Shown one piece after another: positions 17,960 to 29,988 of a stretch of DNA of 64,000 nucleotides (the stretch's first letter is position 1; each line of letters opens with the position of its first letter). The notes under the pieces are model-generated. The model had not been told where the DNA came from, ran no database searches, and worked only from the letters and a program-made list of their open reading frames with translations. Where the stretch lies: assembly GCA_963770895.1 (NCBI GenBank), contig CAVYRF010000002.1, positions 5,696,001 to 5,760,000 on the forward strand. The letters are read 5' to 3'. The stretch is from an uncultured Acidobacteriota bacterium. GTDB lineage: Bacteria > Acidobacteriota > Thermoanaerobaculia > Multivoradales > UBA5704. Both the position numbers and the translations under genes were made by a program.

Positions 17960-20350
17960 GTGCGCGTCCGCATCAACCGCTACGTCATCACTGAGATCTT
18001 CGGGCCGATGGGCCTTGGGTTCCTAGTCTATACCTTCATCCTGCTGCTCCGATTCCTGTTCCAGTCGGCCGAGATGATCATCCGGCGGGGGCTGCCGGTC
18101 TCCGTGGTGGGCAAGCTCCTGCTGGTGACGCTGCCCAACATCGTGGTCTTGACGCTGCCGATGTCGCTGCTGTTCGGCATCCTGATCGCGGTCGGCCGCC
18201 TTTCGTCGGATAGCGAGCTGACGGCGATGCGCTCGTGCGGCATCAGCCTGGCGTCGCTCTACCGCCCGGTCCTGCTGGTGTCCGGCGTCTTCACCATCTT
18301 GAACGCTCTGCTGATGATCTACGTGCTGCCCTGGGGCAACCACGCGCTGCAGGAGCTGCGGCTGGAGATTCTGACCCAGACCATGTCGCAGCAGGTCGAG
18401 CCGCGGGTCTTCTACCAGGAGTGGGTCGGCAAGTCGATCTACGTGTTCGAGGCTCCCCCGCCGGGCCGGCGCTGGAAGGGCGTCTTCCTGGCCGAGACGG
18501 ACCCCAATACCACCAAGAGCCAGATCACGGTGGCGGATTGGGGCGAGATCAAGGTCGATCCGACCGGCGAGCATGTCGTGCTGTCGCTGACCAACGCGGT
18601 CCGGCACACGGTCGATCTCAACCGTCCTTCGAGCTACGAGATCAGCCGCCACAAGGAGCTGAGCGTCGTCCTGGAGGACCAGTTCACCAGCGAGCAGAAG
18701 GCGAAGATGGCGGCTTCGAAGGGGGTGCGCGAGCTGAGCATGGCAGAGCTGCGCCGCCTGAACCGCAACCGCAACGCTCCCTCCGAGGCGCGCAACCTGG
18801 CCCTGGTGGAGCTCCACAAGAAGTTCTCCATTCCGTTTGCCTGCATGGTGTTCGGCCTGTTCGCCCTGCCTCTGGGGATCAACAATCGCCGCGGCGGCAA
18901 GACCTCGGGGTTTGCCATCTCGATCGGCATCATCGTCGTCTACTACATCATGCTCAACAACGGCGAGGAGGGGGCGCGCTTCGGCAAGTTCCCGCCGTGG
19001 CTTGCGATGTGGATGCCCAACATCCTGCTGACCGTCATCGGTATCTTCATCCTCATCCGCCGCAACGCCGACAAGGGGCTGCTGATCGGCCGCCTGGACC
19101 GCTGGGTGCGCACCGACCTGTGGAGCCGCCTGGCGTGGCTCAAACGCAAGCGGTCCGAGCCGCGGCAGGAGCGGCCGCCGGGCGAGGAGCGCCGCCAGCG
19201 CGCCAGGGCTCCCGCCGCGGGGCCGCGGCTGCTGCTGCGGCTGCCCCGCCTGCGCATCACGTTTCCCAGCCTGCTGGACCGCTACGTGGCATCGGCGTTC
19301 GCGCGGGTCTTCGTGCTGGTCCTGCTGTCGGGCGTGACGATCTTTGTGATCTTCGACCTGACCGAGCGGCTGGACGACATCATCAAGAACAAGGTCGCCC
19401 TGTCGCTGGTCATGAAGTACTACAAGTACCTGTCCATTCAGATCGTGTACCAGATCTCGCCGATCGTGGTGCTGGTGACGACGCTCATGACGTTCGCCCT
19501 GCTCAGCCGCACCAGCGAGATCGTCGCCTGCAAGGCGCTCGGCATCAGCCTGTACCGTCTGTCGCTGCCGGCGCTGGTGGCGGCCCTCCTGATCACGGGC
19601 TTTTCGGGGTACCTGGAGTCCGGCAAGATCCTGGCCGCCGCCAACGAGAAGGTCGCCCAGACCAAGGACCGCATCCAGGGGCGCACCGAAACCCGCTCGT
19701 ACCGGCGCGCCGATCGCCAGTGGCTGTTCGGCCAGGGCCGCTACATCTACAACTACCTCAACTACGACTCCGGCACGACCAGCCTGCAGCGCTTGCAGGT
19801 GTTCGATTTCGATCCGGCGCACCACCTGATCCGCCGCCTGTTCACCGAGAAGGCCAGCTACGTCGGGGACGCCTGGGTGTTCACCAAGGGCTGGGCGCGC
19901 ACCTTCGGGGGCAACTTCCGCATCCGCTACGAACCCTTCGACCAGCCGCGCATCGTGCGCTATCCCGAGACGCCGGCGTACTTCAACTCCGAGATCAAGC
20001 CTCCCGACGAGATGGGCTACCACGAGCTGCAGGACTACATCGACGAGATGGCCGAGAGCGGGCAGCCCGAGCCCGAGCTGCTGGTCAGCCTCTACCAGAA
20101 GGTCGCCTATCCGGTGATCTCCCTGGTCATGGCGCTGGTGGCCCTGCCCTTCGCCTTCCGCCTGGGACGGCAGGGGGCGCTCTACGGAATCGGCCTGTCG
20201 GTGATCCTGGGCTTCGTCTTCATGGCGATCTACGCCTTCTTCACCAAGATCGGCGAAGCCGGCGCGCTCCCGGCCCTGATCGCCGTCTGGAGCCCTGGGA
20301 CCGTCTTCGGCATCCTGTCGGTCTACCTGTTCCTGGGCGTCCGCACCTGA
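17960..20350 (+). CDS. lptF: LPS export ABC transporter permease, LptF-LptG fusion
   Basis: Two YjgP/YjgQ-like halves (GRLSSDSELTAMRSCG and LSRTSEIVACKALG); TATAAT 6 nt before the GTG. Confidence 0.92.
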   Translation: MRVRINRYVITEIFGPMGLGFLVYTFILLLRFLFQSAEMIIRRGLPVSVVGKLLLVTLPNIVVLTLPMSLLFGILIAVGRLSSDSELTAMRSCGISLASLYRPVLLVSGVFTILNALLMIYVLPWGNHALQELRLEILTQTMSQQVEPRVFYQEWVGKSIYVFEAPPPGRRWKGVFLAETDPNTTKSQITVADWGEIKVDPTGEHVVLSLTNAVRHTVDLNRPSSYEISRHKELSVVLEDQFTSEQKAKMAASKGVRELSMAELRRLNRNRNAPSEARNLALVELHKKFSIPFACMVFGLFALPLGINNRRGGKTSGFAISIGIIVVYYIMLNNGEEGARFGKFPPWLAMWMPNILLTVIGIFILIRRNADKGLLIGRLDRWVRTDLWSRLAWLKRKRSEPRQERPPGEERRQRARAPAAGPRLLLRLPRLRITFPSLLDRYVASAFARVFVLVLLSGVTIFVIFDLTERLDDIIKNKVALSLVMKYYKYLSIQIVYQISPIVVLVTTLMTFALLSRTSEIVACKALGISLYRLSLPALVAALLITGFSGYLESGKILAAANEKVAQTKDRIQGRTETRSYRRADRQWLFGQGRYIYNYLNYDSGTTSLQRLQVFDFDPAHHLIRRLFTEKASYVGDAWVFTKGWARTFGGNFRIRYEPFDQPRIVRYPETPAYFNSEIKPPDEMGYHELQDYIDEMAESGQPEPELLVSLYQKVAYPVISLVMALVALPFAFRLGRQGALYGIGLSVILGFVFMAIYAFFTKIGEAGALPALIAVWSPGTVFGILSVYLFLGVRT

Positions 20351-20537
20351 AGCCCGCGGCGGCCTGACGGCACTCCCCTCCCCCGCTACCCCCTGCGACT
20401 CTGCAGACTACGGAAACCAGGGGGGGCCTTTGGCAGGCCCGGAGCGAGGGACGGAGCTTGGCCGAGCTTTCAGGAAATAGACCGGGACTTGGGGAAAGGC
20501 TCCAAAGAAAGAAGCCCGGAGAGCCTTCAGGTTCAGT

Positions 20538-22553
20538 TCAGGTCTTGCTGGGCGTGAAGCGCATGCTGGGGGCGTTGCGGGCCTGCTGGAGGAAGGAGGA
20601 GACTTCCCGGACCAGGTTGAGGCCGGCCTGGTCGGCGCGGGCGGCGTCGCAGAAGACGAGATAGGCGGCCATGGCTTCGCGGTGCAGCTGGCGCGCCTCG
20701 AAGAAGTTGACCATCTGGTGGGCAAGCAGGCGCATCTCCGCGGTCTTGCCTTGCTGTGCAAGGATGACTGCCAGGTCGAGGCTGGCCAGTGCTGCGTCGT
20801 AGGCGTGGCCGCCTTCGACGAACGCTTCGCTCACTTCGCGGTAGGCTGCTTCGGCCTGGTCCAGGCGATTCATGCCGTGGGCGACCTGGCCTTCGACCCA
20901 GCGCAAGCGCAGCAGGCTCCAGCGGTCGCCCATTTTGAGGTAGAGCGGGCGGGTGTGGAACAGCAGCGCAAACGCCTCCCGCGGACAGCCGTCGGCGAGC
21001 AGGGTGACGATGATGTTGTGGCGCACGGCCAGGAACCAGCGCGCATCCGTCTGCGGATCGATCAGGTTGAGCGCGCGCTGCAGCAGGGCCAACCTGCCTT
21101 TGAGGTCTCCCTGGTGGCCCAGCACGATCGCCTTGAGGTTGAGCGCGCGGCCCAGCAGGCCCCGCTGCCCCAGCCTGCCGTAGATGGCGATGACGCGATC
21201 CAATAGCCGGGCGGACGTTTCGAGCTGCCGCAGCCCCAGGTAGAAGGACGCTTGCAGGTCGAGCACCCGCGCCTTGTCGAGCGGACCGATCGACGGATAC
21301 GCCACCAGCTGTGCCTCCGCCGCTTCGAACGCCTTGCCAGCGCCGTCCATGTCCGTCAGGACGCGCAACGCGTTGCCGAACTGGGCATGGGCGCGAGCGG
21401 CAAGGCCGGCCAGCAGCGCCAGGTCGCCAGCGGGACAGAGGGCGAAGGCATCGTGAGCGCAGTCGCCGTCGATGTCGTCGGCGGTGGTCATTGCAGGGAG
21501 TGCCGCCAACGCCGACGTCGGCAGCGGCTCCGGGCGGTCTTGCCGATCGCGCTGCACCGCTTGCCTTGCCGCGAGGATGCGCCCCGAGATCTCCACCGCC
21601 AGCTGTGCCAGGTGGGCGCTGCCGGTGCCGTCGCGGAAGACTTCGTCGCGGCTGGCGTTGAGCAGCTCTTCGCACAGGAACCGGTCGCTGAAGCGGGCGC
21701 TGTTGCGCACCAGGAGACCCTGCCGCGTCGGCGGATGCTGCATCAACTCTTCGAAGAGCTCGCGCCCACGCCGGCGCGAAGCTTCGATGACCGCTTCGGC
21801 GGGAGTGACGCGAGAGAAGACGCGATCGAGCACCTGATCGTAGGAGGTGTTGTGCGAGGTCGCGGCAGGCTGCGGCGATGGAATCGATGGAGCGTTTGCC
21901 GCACCAGCGGCCGCCAGGCCTGGCCGTCGCCGGATTGGCTCATCCTGCCTGACCAGCGCGGCTCTGGCGCGCGTGGGACCGGTGGCGCCGGTGGCGCCGG
22001 CCGTGCCGTTGACGGCCCGGTCGAGACGCGAGAAGCCACCGCGGCGAACCGACGCAGCTGCGACGCTGCCCAACTCGGCAAAGGCGCGCGGCAGGGCAAG
22101 CGGCCCCGGCGCGCTCAGCGAGCCGGCCGCGGTCAGCGCGGCCATCGCAGTGGTGGCAGCCGTGGCGGTGATCGCGATGTTTGCGACGTTTGCGGGGATC
22201 GCGCTCAACTCAGCCGGCGCTTCGACCGTGCCATCGGCGCCCTGAACTGCAAGGCCGCCTGACAGTTCGAGCACCGCGGCGATTGCCGGCGGGTCGAGGT
22301 TCCACACTTCGCGGGCCTGCGCCTGGCATGGGAGGCACCCTGCCAACAGGTGGCGCAGCACCTGCTGCACTTCCCCCGCGGGGAGGGTCCCCAGCATGAA
22401 ACCGCGCAACGCCTGCACCTGGACGTGCACCGCCAGGTCGACGGCTGGCGCATCTTCGCGGTCAGGCGATGTCGGAGGGGGCGGGGGCGAGGCCAGGAGC
22501 GAGGCCGGCGGCAGGGCCGGGGGCGGTGACGCCAGCTTGGAATCGTCGATCAT
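20538..22553 (-). CDS. Soluble protein with N-terminal ZAS-like zinc anti-sigma motif, low-complexity linker and C-terminal TPR array
   Basis: H-x24-H-x4-C-x2-C (HV...RHLLAGCLPC); Ala/Leu-rich helical repeats; ATG overlaps the sigma stop codon. Confidence 0.75.
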   Translation of the reverse strand: MIDDSKLASPPPALPPASLLASPPPPPTSPDREDAPAVDLAVHVQVQALRGFMLGTLPAGEVQQVLRHLLAGCLPCQAQAREVWNLDPPAIAAVLELSGGLAVQGADGTVEAPAELSAIPANVANIAITATAATTAMAALTAAGSLSAPGPLALPRAFAELGSVAAASVRRGGFSRLDRAVNGTAGATGATGPTRARAALVRQDEPIRRRPGLAAAGAANAPSIPSPQPAATSHNTSYDQVLDRVFSRVTPAEAVIEASRRRGRELFEELMQHPPTRQGLLVRNSARFSDRFLCEELLNASRDEVFRDGTGSAHLAQLAVEISGRILAARQAVQRDRQDRPEPLPTSALAALPAMTTADDIDGDCAHDAFALCPAGDLALLAGLAARAHAQFGNALRVLTDMDGAGKAFEAAEAQLVAYPSIGPLDKARVLDLQASFYLGLRQLETSARLLDRVIAIYGRLGQRGLLGRALNLKAIVLGHQGDLKGRLALLQRALNLIDPQTDARWFLAVRHNIIVTLLADGCPREAFALLFHTRPLYLKMGDRWSLLRLRWVEGQVAHGMNRLDQAEAAYREVSEAFVEGGHAYDAALASLDLAVILAQQGKTAEMRLLAHQMVNFFEARQLHREAMAAYLVFCDAARADQAGLNLVREVSSFLQQARNAPSMRFTPSKT

Positions 22554-23080
22554 GAGGTCTTCTTGCCGGCCATTCCGGTGGCGGTGAGTTGGCGGGTCAG
22601 GGCAGCGAGGCAGCGATTGGTGGTCTTGCTGATGCTGGTGGGGCTGTACCCCAGACGCTTTGCCAGTTCCGGCGGCTCATAGCCCTGGCTGTAGCGCAGC
22701 AGCAACAGGGCGCGGCAGCGGGTCGGCAAACGTTCGATCGCCATGATCAGATCGCGCCGCAGATCGGCGTCTTCCTGCTCGGGAGCCATCGGCTCGGCCA
22801 TGAATTCAAGCACTGCAGCATCGACGGCATCATATAATTTACGGCGATGCTCGCGCCAGTACAGCAGGCACTTATTTCTAAGTGTGCCGATCAGCCATGC
22901 CTCGTGGTCACGGATCGCGTGCCGCTGGTAGACCAGCGCGAGCAAGGCCTGCTGCAGGATGTCTTCGGTGTCCTGCGGGGGAATGCGGTAATGCGCGAAC
23001 AGCGCCTTCATCCGCGGGCGGACGGATTTCAGAAACTGATCGAAGCTGGTTTCGGCTTCAGAGATATCGGCTGCGCTCAT
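22550..23080 (-). CDS. ECF-type sigma-70 factor, paralog 1
   Basis: Region 2 QDTEDILQ..AWL...NKC..YWR; region 4 RCRALLLLRY.QGY...ELA..LG. Confidence 0.88.
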   Translation of the reverse strand: MSAADISEAETSFDQFLKSVRPRMKALFAHYRIPPQDTEDILQQALLALVYQRHAIRDHEAWLIGTLRNKCLLYWREHRRKLYDAVDAAVLEFMAEPMAPEQEDADLRRDLIMAIERLPTRCRALLLLRYSQGYEPPELAKRLGYSPTSISKTTNRCLAALTRQLTATGMAGKKTS

Positions 23081-23267
23081 AAACAAACACGTCTAAATTG
23101 TGCCCACCATAGCATCTGTGGGGAGCCGTGTCCAGAAGACACAGCTCTCCCCATCTCGACGCGATGCGAACGCCGCAGAGTCTCTTCAAGAGCTACGGGA
23201 CGGCGAGGAGCACCGGGTCGGCGGTCAGCCCACCTCCGCCCTCCCCTCACCGGAGAAGGAGGGGGAA

Positions 23268-23471
23268 CTAGCCGCCGCCGTTGGGGTCCATGCTGATCCC
23301 GAAATCGGAGAACATGTTGGCCAGGCCGTTGATCACGCTGGCCAGCTGCTGCATCAGGCGGGAGCCGGCACTGGCCGCGGTCGGCCGATGGGTGCCGCAG
23401 AACGCGGAAGCAGGGGCGAGGGCGGCGACCAGGGTGACGATGGCAACGGTACGGCGCAAGGAAGTCTTCAT
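23268..23471 (-). CDS. Small secreted peptide (67 aa) ending GISMDPNGGG
   Basis: Strong RBS GAGGAG; Sec signal MKTSLRR-TVAIVTLVAALAP-ASA; GC3-rich codons. Confidence 0.8.
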   Translation of the reverse strand: MKTSLRRTVAIVTLVAALAPASAFCGTHRPTAASAGSRLMQQLASVINGLANMFSDFGISMDPNGGG

Positions 23472-23570
23472 GACTTGATACTCCTCTGGGGTTTCCCGAC
23501 GCTTCAGGCGCCGGTAAATAGCAATCTAGCTCTAAGCTACGTTGCCGCTGGACCATCCGGAGAGACAGAC

Positions 23571-23910
23571 ATGTGGTCACAGCCTGGTGGCCAAGCGTCG
23601 CCAGCCCTGGCCCGACGCGCCGTCCACCGCCACAAGCTACCCTCCTTGCAAGCCGAAGACCTGATCCTGCAATGGTTTGCAAGAGGCAAGGCGCTCCAGA
23701 AGGGTTTGCGGGCGGCGAGGCGCGCTCTGGGGGAGGCTTGGCGGGCGCTACCGGGCTCGCGAACCGAGAACGCCGACGGCGCCAATCGGCATGCTGGTCC
23801 CGTTCGGCCTGCGGTTCAACGGGCTGGCGGCCAAGGTGAACCACCTGGCGCTGCTTGTGGTCGTAGCCATGGACTTCCGCATCGAGTTTCGCGACGTGCC
23901 GGTGACGTGA
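23571..23910 (+). pseudogene. Possible small frameshifted gene divergent from the peptide gene
   Basis: GGAG RBS before ATG 23571; gene-like codon usage switches frame near 23785. Confidence 0.35.
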
Positions 23911-24085
23911 CCACCCTGACAGGGCGCCCCTGGCGCACCGCTCACAGGCACAGTGATCGCCGGCGGGCGCGGCAGCGTGCCAGCGAACGATCGGCTGATC
24001 TACGGATTTTGGTCAGGCGGAAAGCGCAGACTCGCCCCTACAGGCCCATTGAGGGTCTGGATCGTAGGGGCGAGGCACCGCGGGT

Positions 24086-24649
24086 CTAGTCGTCCTTGAG
24101 AGCGGCTTCCGGCTGCGAATGGAAGCGTGCCCCAAGGAGGCGCTCTGAGAGCGCGGCGAGACAACGATGGGTCACCTTGCGAATGCTCGACTGGCGATAG
24201 CCCGTCCGTTCGGCGGCCTCGGCGGTGCTGCAGCCCAGCCCATAACGCAGGCGCAGGACCGAACGACAACGGTCCGGGAGCTGGGACAGCAGGGTGTCGA
24301 GATCGGCGCGAAGATCGGAACGATCCTGGGCGGGCGTTTCTGCCTCGGCCAGGAGCTCCAGGATGGTGCTGTCCACCAGGTCCCAGAGACGGCTGCGATG
24401 CTTTCGCCAGTAGATGATGCAGCGGTTGGCCAGCGTTGCCAGCAGCCACGCTTCGGGATTACGGATGCTGCCTGACTTCGAGACCATGATCAGGAAGGTC
24501 TCTTGCAGGAGGTCGTCCGCGTCCTGAAGCGGGATGCGATGGCGCCACAATACCCTCTTCAGCTTCGGCTCTACGTTGTGGAGGATCTGCTCCAGAGAGG
24601 GCTCCTCCACAGGTGGCACTTGGTAGCTCATGCTAGTAGTGAAAACCAT
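24086..24649 (-). CDS. ECF-type sigma-70 factor, paralog 2 (start may be 24631)
   Basis: Motifs QDADDLLQ, NRCIIYWR, RCRSVLRLRYGLG and HRCLAAL. Confidence 0.88.
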   Translation of the reverse strand: MVFTTSMSYQVPPVEEPSLEQILHNVEPKLKRVLWRHRIPLQDADDLLQETFLIMVSKSGSIRNPEAWLLATLANRCIIYWRKHRSRLWDLVDSTILELLAEAETPAQDRSDLRADLDTLLSQLPDRCRSVLRLRYGLGCSTAEAAERTGYRQSSIRKVTHRCLAALSERLLGARFHSQPEAALKDD

Positions 24650-24817
24650 CTATACATGAAAATGTACCAAGGTTTTCCCTCCAATGTCTAGGGGGACGCT
24701 CCGACAGGATCGTAACACTTTGTTGGCAGCTCTGGGCGACCCGACGCCGGGGCGCGAGGGATGCGCAGGATGCCGCATCGGGAATCGTCGCTGAGGCAGC
24801 TTTTGCGGCGATCGGAG

Positions 24818-25342
24818 TCATGGCTTCCGCTCGTAGCCGACGGCCAGCAGCTGGCGGGTCAAGGCTGCCAGGCACCGGTTGGTCACCTTGCGGATGCTGG
24901 ACGACCGGTAGCCCATCCGCTCCGCCACTTCGTTGGGTCCGTACCCCAGGCCGTACCGCAGGCACAGCAGCGAGCGGCAGCGGGTCGACAGCCGCGACAG
25001 CACGCGATTGAGGTCGAGCGTCAGGTCGTCTTTCTCCTGACGCGGCGCCTCGGGGGTCGAGATCAGATCCAGGATGGCGGCATCCACCGCCTCGCAAAGG
25101 CTGCCCCGCCGTTTGCGCCAGTACATGATGCACTTCTTCTTGACAGTGCCGACCAGCCAGTTCTCGGGGCTGTGGATCTTTTCCCATTTGTAGAGCAGCG
25201 TCAGCTGGGCATCCTGCAAGATGTCTTCGGCGTCTTCGGGCGGAATCTCAAACCCCCGCAGCACCCGCTCCAAACGCGGACGAGTGCTCTTGAGGAGGTT
25301 ATTGAGCGATTCCCGCAGCTCTGGATGGTCCAGGGTCGTCAT
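24818..25342 (-). CDS. ECF-type sigma-70 factor, paralog 3
   Basis: Motifs EDAEDILQ, KKCIMYWR, RCRSLLCLRYGLGY and NRCLAAL. Confidence 0.88.
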   Translation of the reverse strand: MTTLDHPELRESLNNLLKSTRPRLERVLRGFEIPPEDAEDILQDAQLTLLYKWEKIHSPENWLVGTVKKKCIMYWRKRRGSLCEAVDAAILDLISTPEAPRQEKDDLTLDLNRVLSRLSTRCRSLLCLRYGLGYGPNEVAERMGYRSSSIRKVTNRCLAALTRQLLAVGYERKP

Positions 25343-25717
25343 GTCACCCTAAATCTGAGTCTTCGTGCATTGGTAGGCTAACACCTGCATCGCACCCTTG
25401 TCTACCTTTTTGAGGCCTCACGGCCACCAAGTAGCCGCTTTTTTGGGTCACGTCGGGCCACTGGCCGTCGCACCTGGGCTCCGAAACTGGATGCCCTTAG
25501 GGGTTAACCCGATCGACGGGTGTGACAACTGCTCCTTGGGTGACCAGCGGCGGCGCCGTCCTGGCGACGGGCAGCCACCGCGTGGTCCGGGCGCGGCGGG
25601 GACCGCCAGCGGCTGCGTGGGCTCCCCCGGGGCGCTTCCACGACGGCCCCGAGGCGCGCACACCGCGGGGCCGTCTCTGCTGCGATGCCCGCCGCCCTGC
25701 GGCGGCGAGCCGCTGGA

Positions 25718-27001
<1,284 letters not shown>

Positions 27002-27179
27002 CTACGGCATTGCAATGGATGGTTGGAAGGCACAGGTGCCGGCGGGCGCCAACGAGGGAACCGCCGCGCCAAGCGGCTCGGCTCCGTCGCGCACCTGATC
27101 GCCGCCTTGCAGCTGCCGCGGCGCGCGGTCCGGCGACTGGGTGTTGCAGCCGCCGGCTTGCCGCGTCGTCGCGGTCAAA

Positions 27180-28373
<1,194 letters not shown>

Positions 28374-28522
28374 ACCTCAGAGCTGCCATTGTGGTGCTCG
28401 GCGGCAATCACCGCTCGCCTAGCTCGGATACGGAAAGGTAAGAGGTCCAGGAACCCCGGACAGGCGGCCGCCTATGGTACCACGCAGGCGCACCGTGGGG
28501 CGCGTGGCGGTGTTCAGCGGGT

Positions 28523-29110
28523 TCAGCGGCCGGGGCGGCTCTCGATGACGCCGTAAAACAGGCTGGCGACGGCGTGCAGGGTCGAGGAGGCGACCGCCTT
28601 GCGGCGATTTTCCAGCTGGCCGGTGAGCGAGCTGATCATGCCGCCGCGCTTGCGGGTGCCGGGAACGGCGAACGGGATCTGCTCGCTGTCGAGGCCGTGG
28701 ACCAGGCGTTCGGGCAGCTGGATCGAGCCGCTGGAACCCCACGCTTCGCCGACGGGGCCGCGCACCACCGTCCAGTAGCGCACGAAGTAGCGGGTGCAGC
28801 CGTCGAGGTCGATCGAGTGCAGGCCGGCTTCGCTGGCGACGTAGAAATGATAGTTGTCGGTCAGCGCCCGCTCCAGCGCCATGGCGCGCTCGCGAGTGAG
28901 GCGGATCACTTCGGCGTCCGAGATCAACAGGCCCAGCGGCGCCTCTTCCATGGCCTGCGGCACCACCGCCACCGACACCGCCCGTTCGAGCCCGTCGCGG
29001 AAATAGCGCAGGAACCCGTCCCTCACCCCCAGCATCTTGTCGGGAGAGGGACCGGCTACCGCCACCTCGACGCCAGTTTGGAGGCGCTGCCAGAACGCCT
29101 TAGTATCCAT
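28523..29110 (-). CDS. YjjX/DUF84-like inosine/xanthosine triphosphatase family protein
   Basis: Motifs VAGPSPDK, YVASEAG, SGSIQLP and GGMISSLT..LENR. Confidence 0.65.
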   Translation of the reverse strand: MDTKAFWQRLQTGVEVAVAGPSPDKMLGVRDGFLRYFRDGLERAVSVAVVPQAMEEAPLGLLISDAEVIRLTRERAMALERALTDNYHFYVASEAGLHSIDLDGCTRYFVRYWTVVRGPVGEAWGSSGSIQLPERLVHGLDSEQIPFAVPGTRKRGGMISSLTGQLENRRKAVASSTLHAVASLFYGVIESRPGR

Positions 29111-29117
29111 GATCATA

Positions 29118-29930
29118 ATGATTGCGAGCCGCCAGAATCGGACGCTCAAGGATATTCGTCGCCTCCGCCGAAGTAAAGGCGAGCACGCGCTGCTCGAGGG
29201 CCCGCACCTGGTGGCGGAAGCGCTGGCAGCCGGCCTGCAGCTCGACTGCATCCTGACCACCGCGGATTTTCTGGCATCGCCGGCGGGCAGGAGCCTGGTC
29301 GACCGCTTCCCCATCGCGCCGCTGGCGGTCGAGGAGCGGCTGCTCGACGAGCTGGCGGACGCCGACTCGCCGCGCGGGCTGCTGGCGGTGGCGCGCCTGC
29401 CGCGCGGCGGCGGCGTCGCGGCGCTGCCGGTCCACCCTGCCGGCGTCTACGTGTTCGTCGAAGGGATCCAGGACCCGGGCAACCTGGGCGCCCTGGCGCG
29501 TGTCGCGGAGGCGGCGGGGGCGGCCGGCATGGCGCTCGCCGGCGGCACCGCCCATCCCAACCATCCGCGGGCGCTGCGCGCCTCGGCCGGGAGCCTGCTG
29601 CGGCTCCCCGTGGCGCTCGGCGTCGAGGCCGCCGACCTGGATCGCCACCTGCTGGCGGCGCCGGGCGGGCAGCCCGTCACCTGGGCGGCGCTGGTGCCGC
29701 GCGACGGCCTGGACCTCTACGCAGAGGGCGACGGGGCCGCGGCGGGCAGTCTTGCCGGCATGCTCGTGCTGGCGCTGGGCGCCGAGGGGCCCGGCCTGTC
29801 GCGGGCGCTGCTCGACCGCGCCGGCCTGCGGCTGACCATCCCGGTCGCCCCGCCGGTCGAATCGCTCAATGCTACGGTTGCCGCGGCGCTCGCCCTGTAC
29901 GAGCTCCGCCGCCGCCGGCTCAGACGGTAG
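29118..29930 (+). CDS. TrmH/SpoU family RNA methyltransferase
   Basis: Motifs IASRQN, EG..LV.EAL, QDPGNLG, GAEGPG and VESLNA. Confidence 0.92.
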   Translation: MIASRQNRTLKDIRRLRRSKGEHALLEGPHLVAEALAAGLQLDCILTTADFLASPAGRSLVDRFPIAPLAVEERLLDELADADSPRGLLAVARLPRGGGVAALPVHPAGVYVFVEGIQDPGNLGALARVAEAAGAAGMALAGGTAHPNHPRALRASAGSLLRLPVALGVEAADLDRHLLAAPGGQPVTWAALVPRDGLDLYAEGDGAAAGSLAGMLVLALGAEGPGLSRALLDRAGLRLTIPVAPPVESLNATVAAALALYELRRRRLRR

Positions 29931-29988
29931 AATCGAACGTTGTGGCACGCGAACGGCATCGGCCGGACCGCGAGAGGGAGAGCGCAGC

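Noticed and set aside
28374-28522. SAM riboswitch upstream of metK
   Set aside because: No SAM-I core sequence or leader terminator seen.
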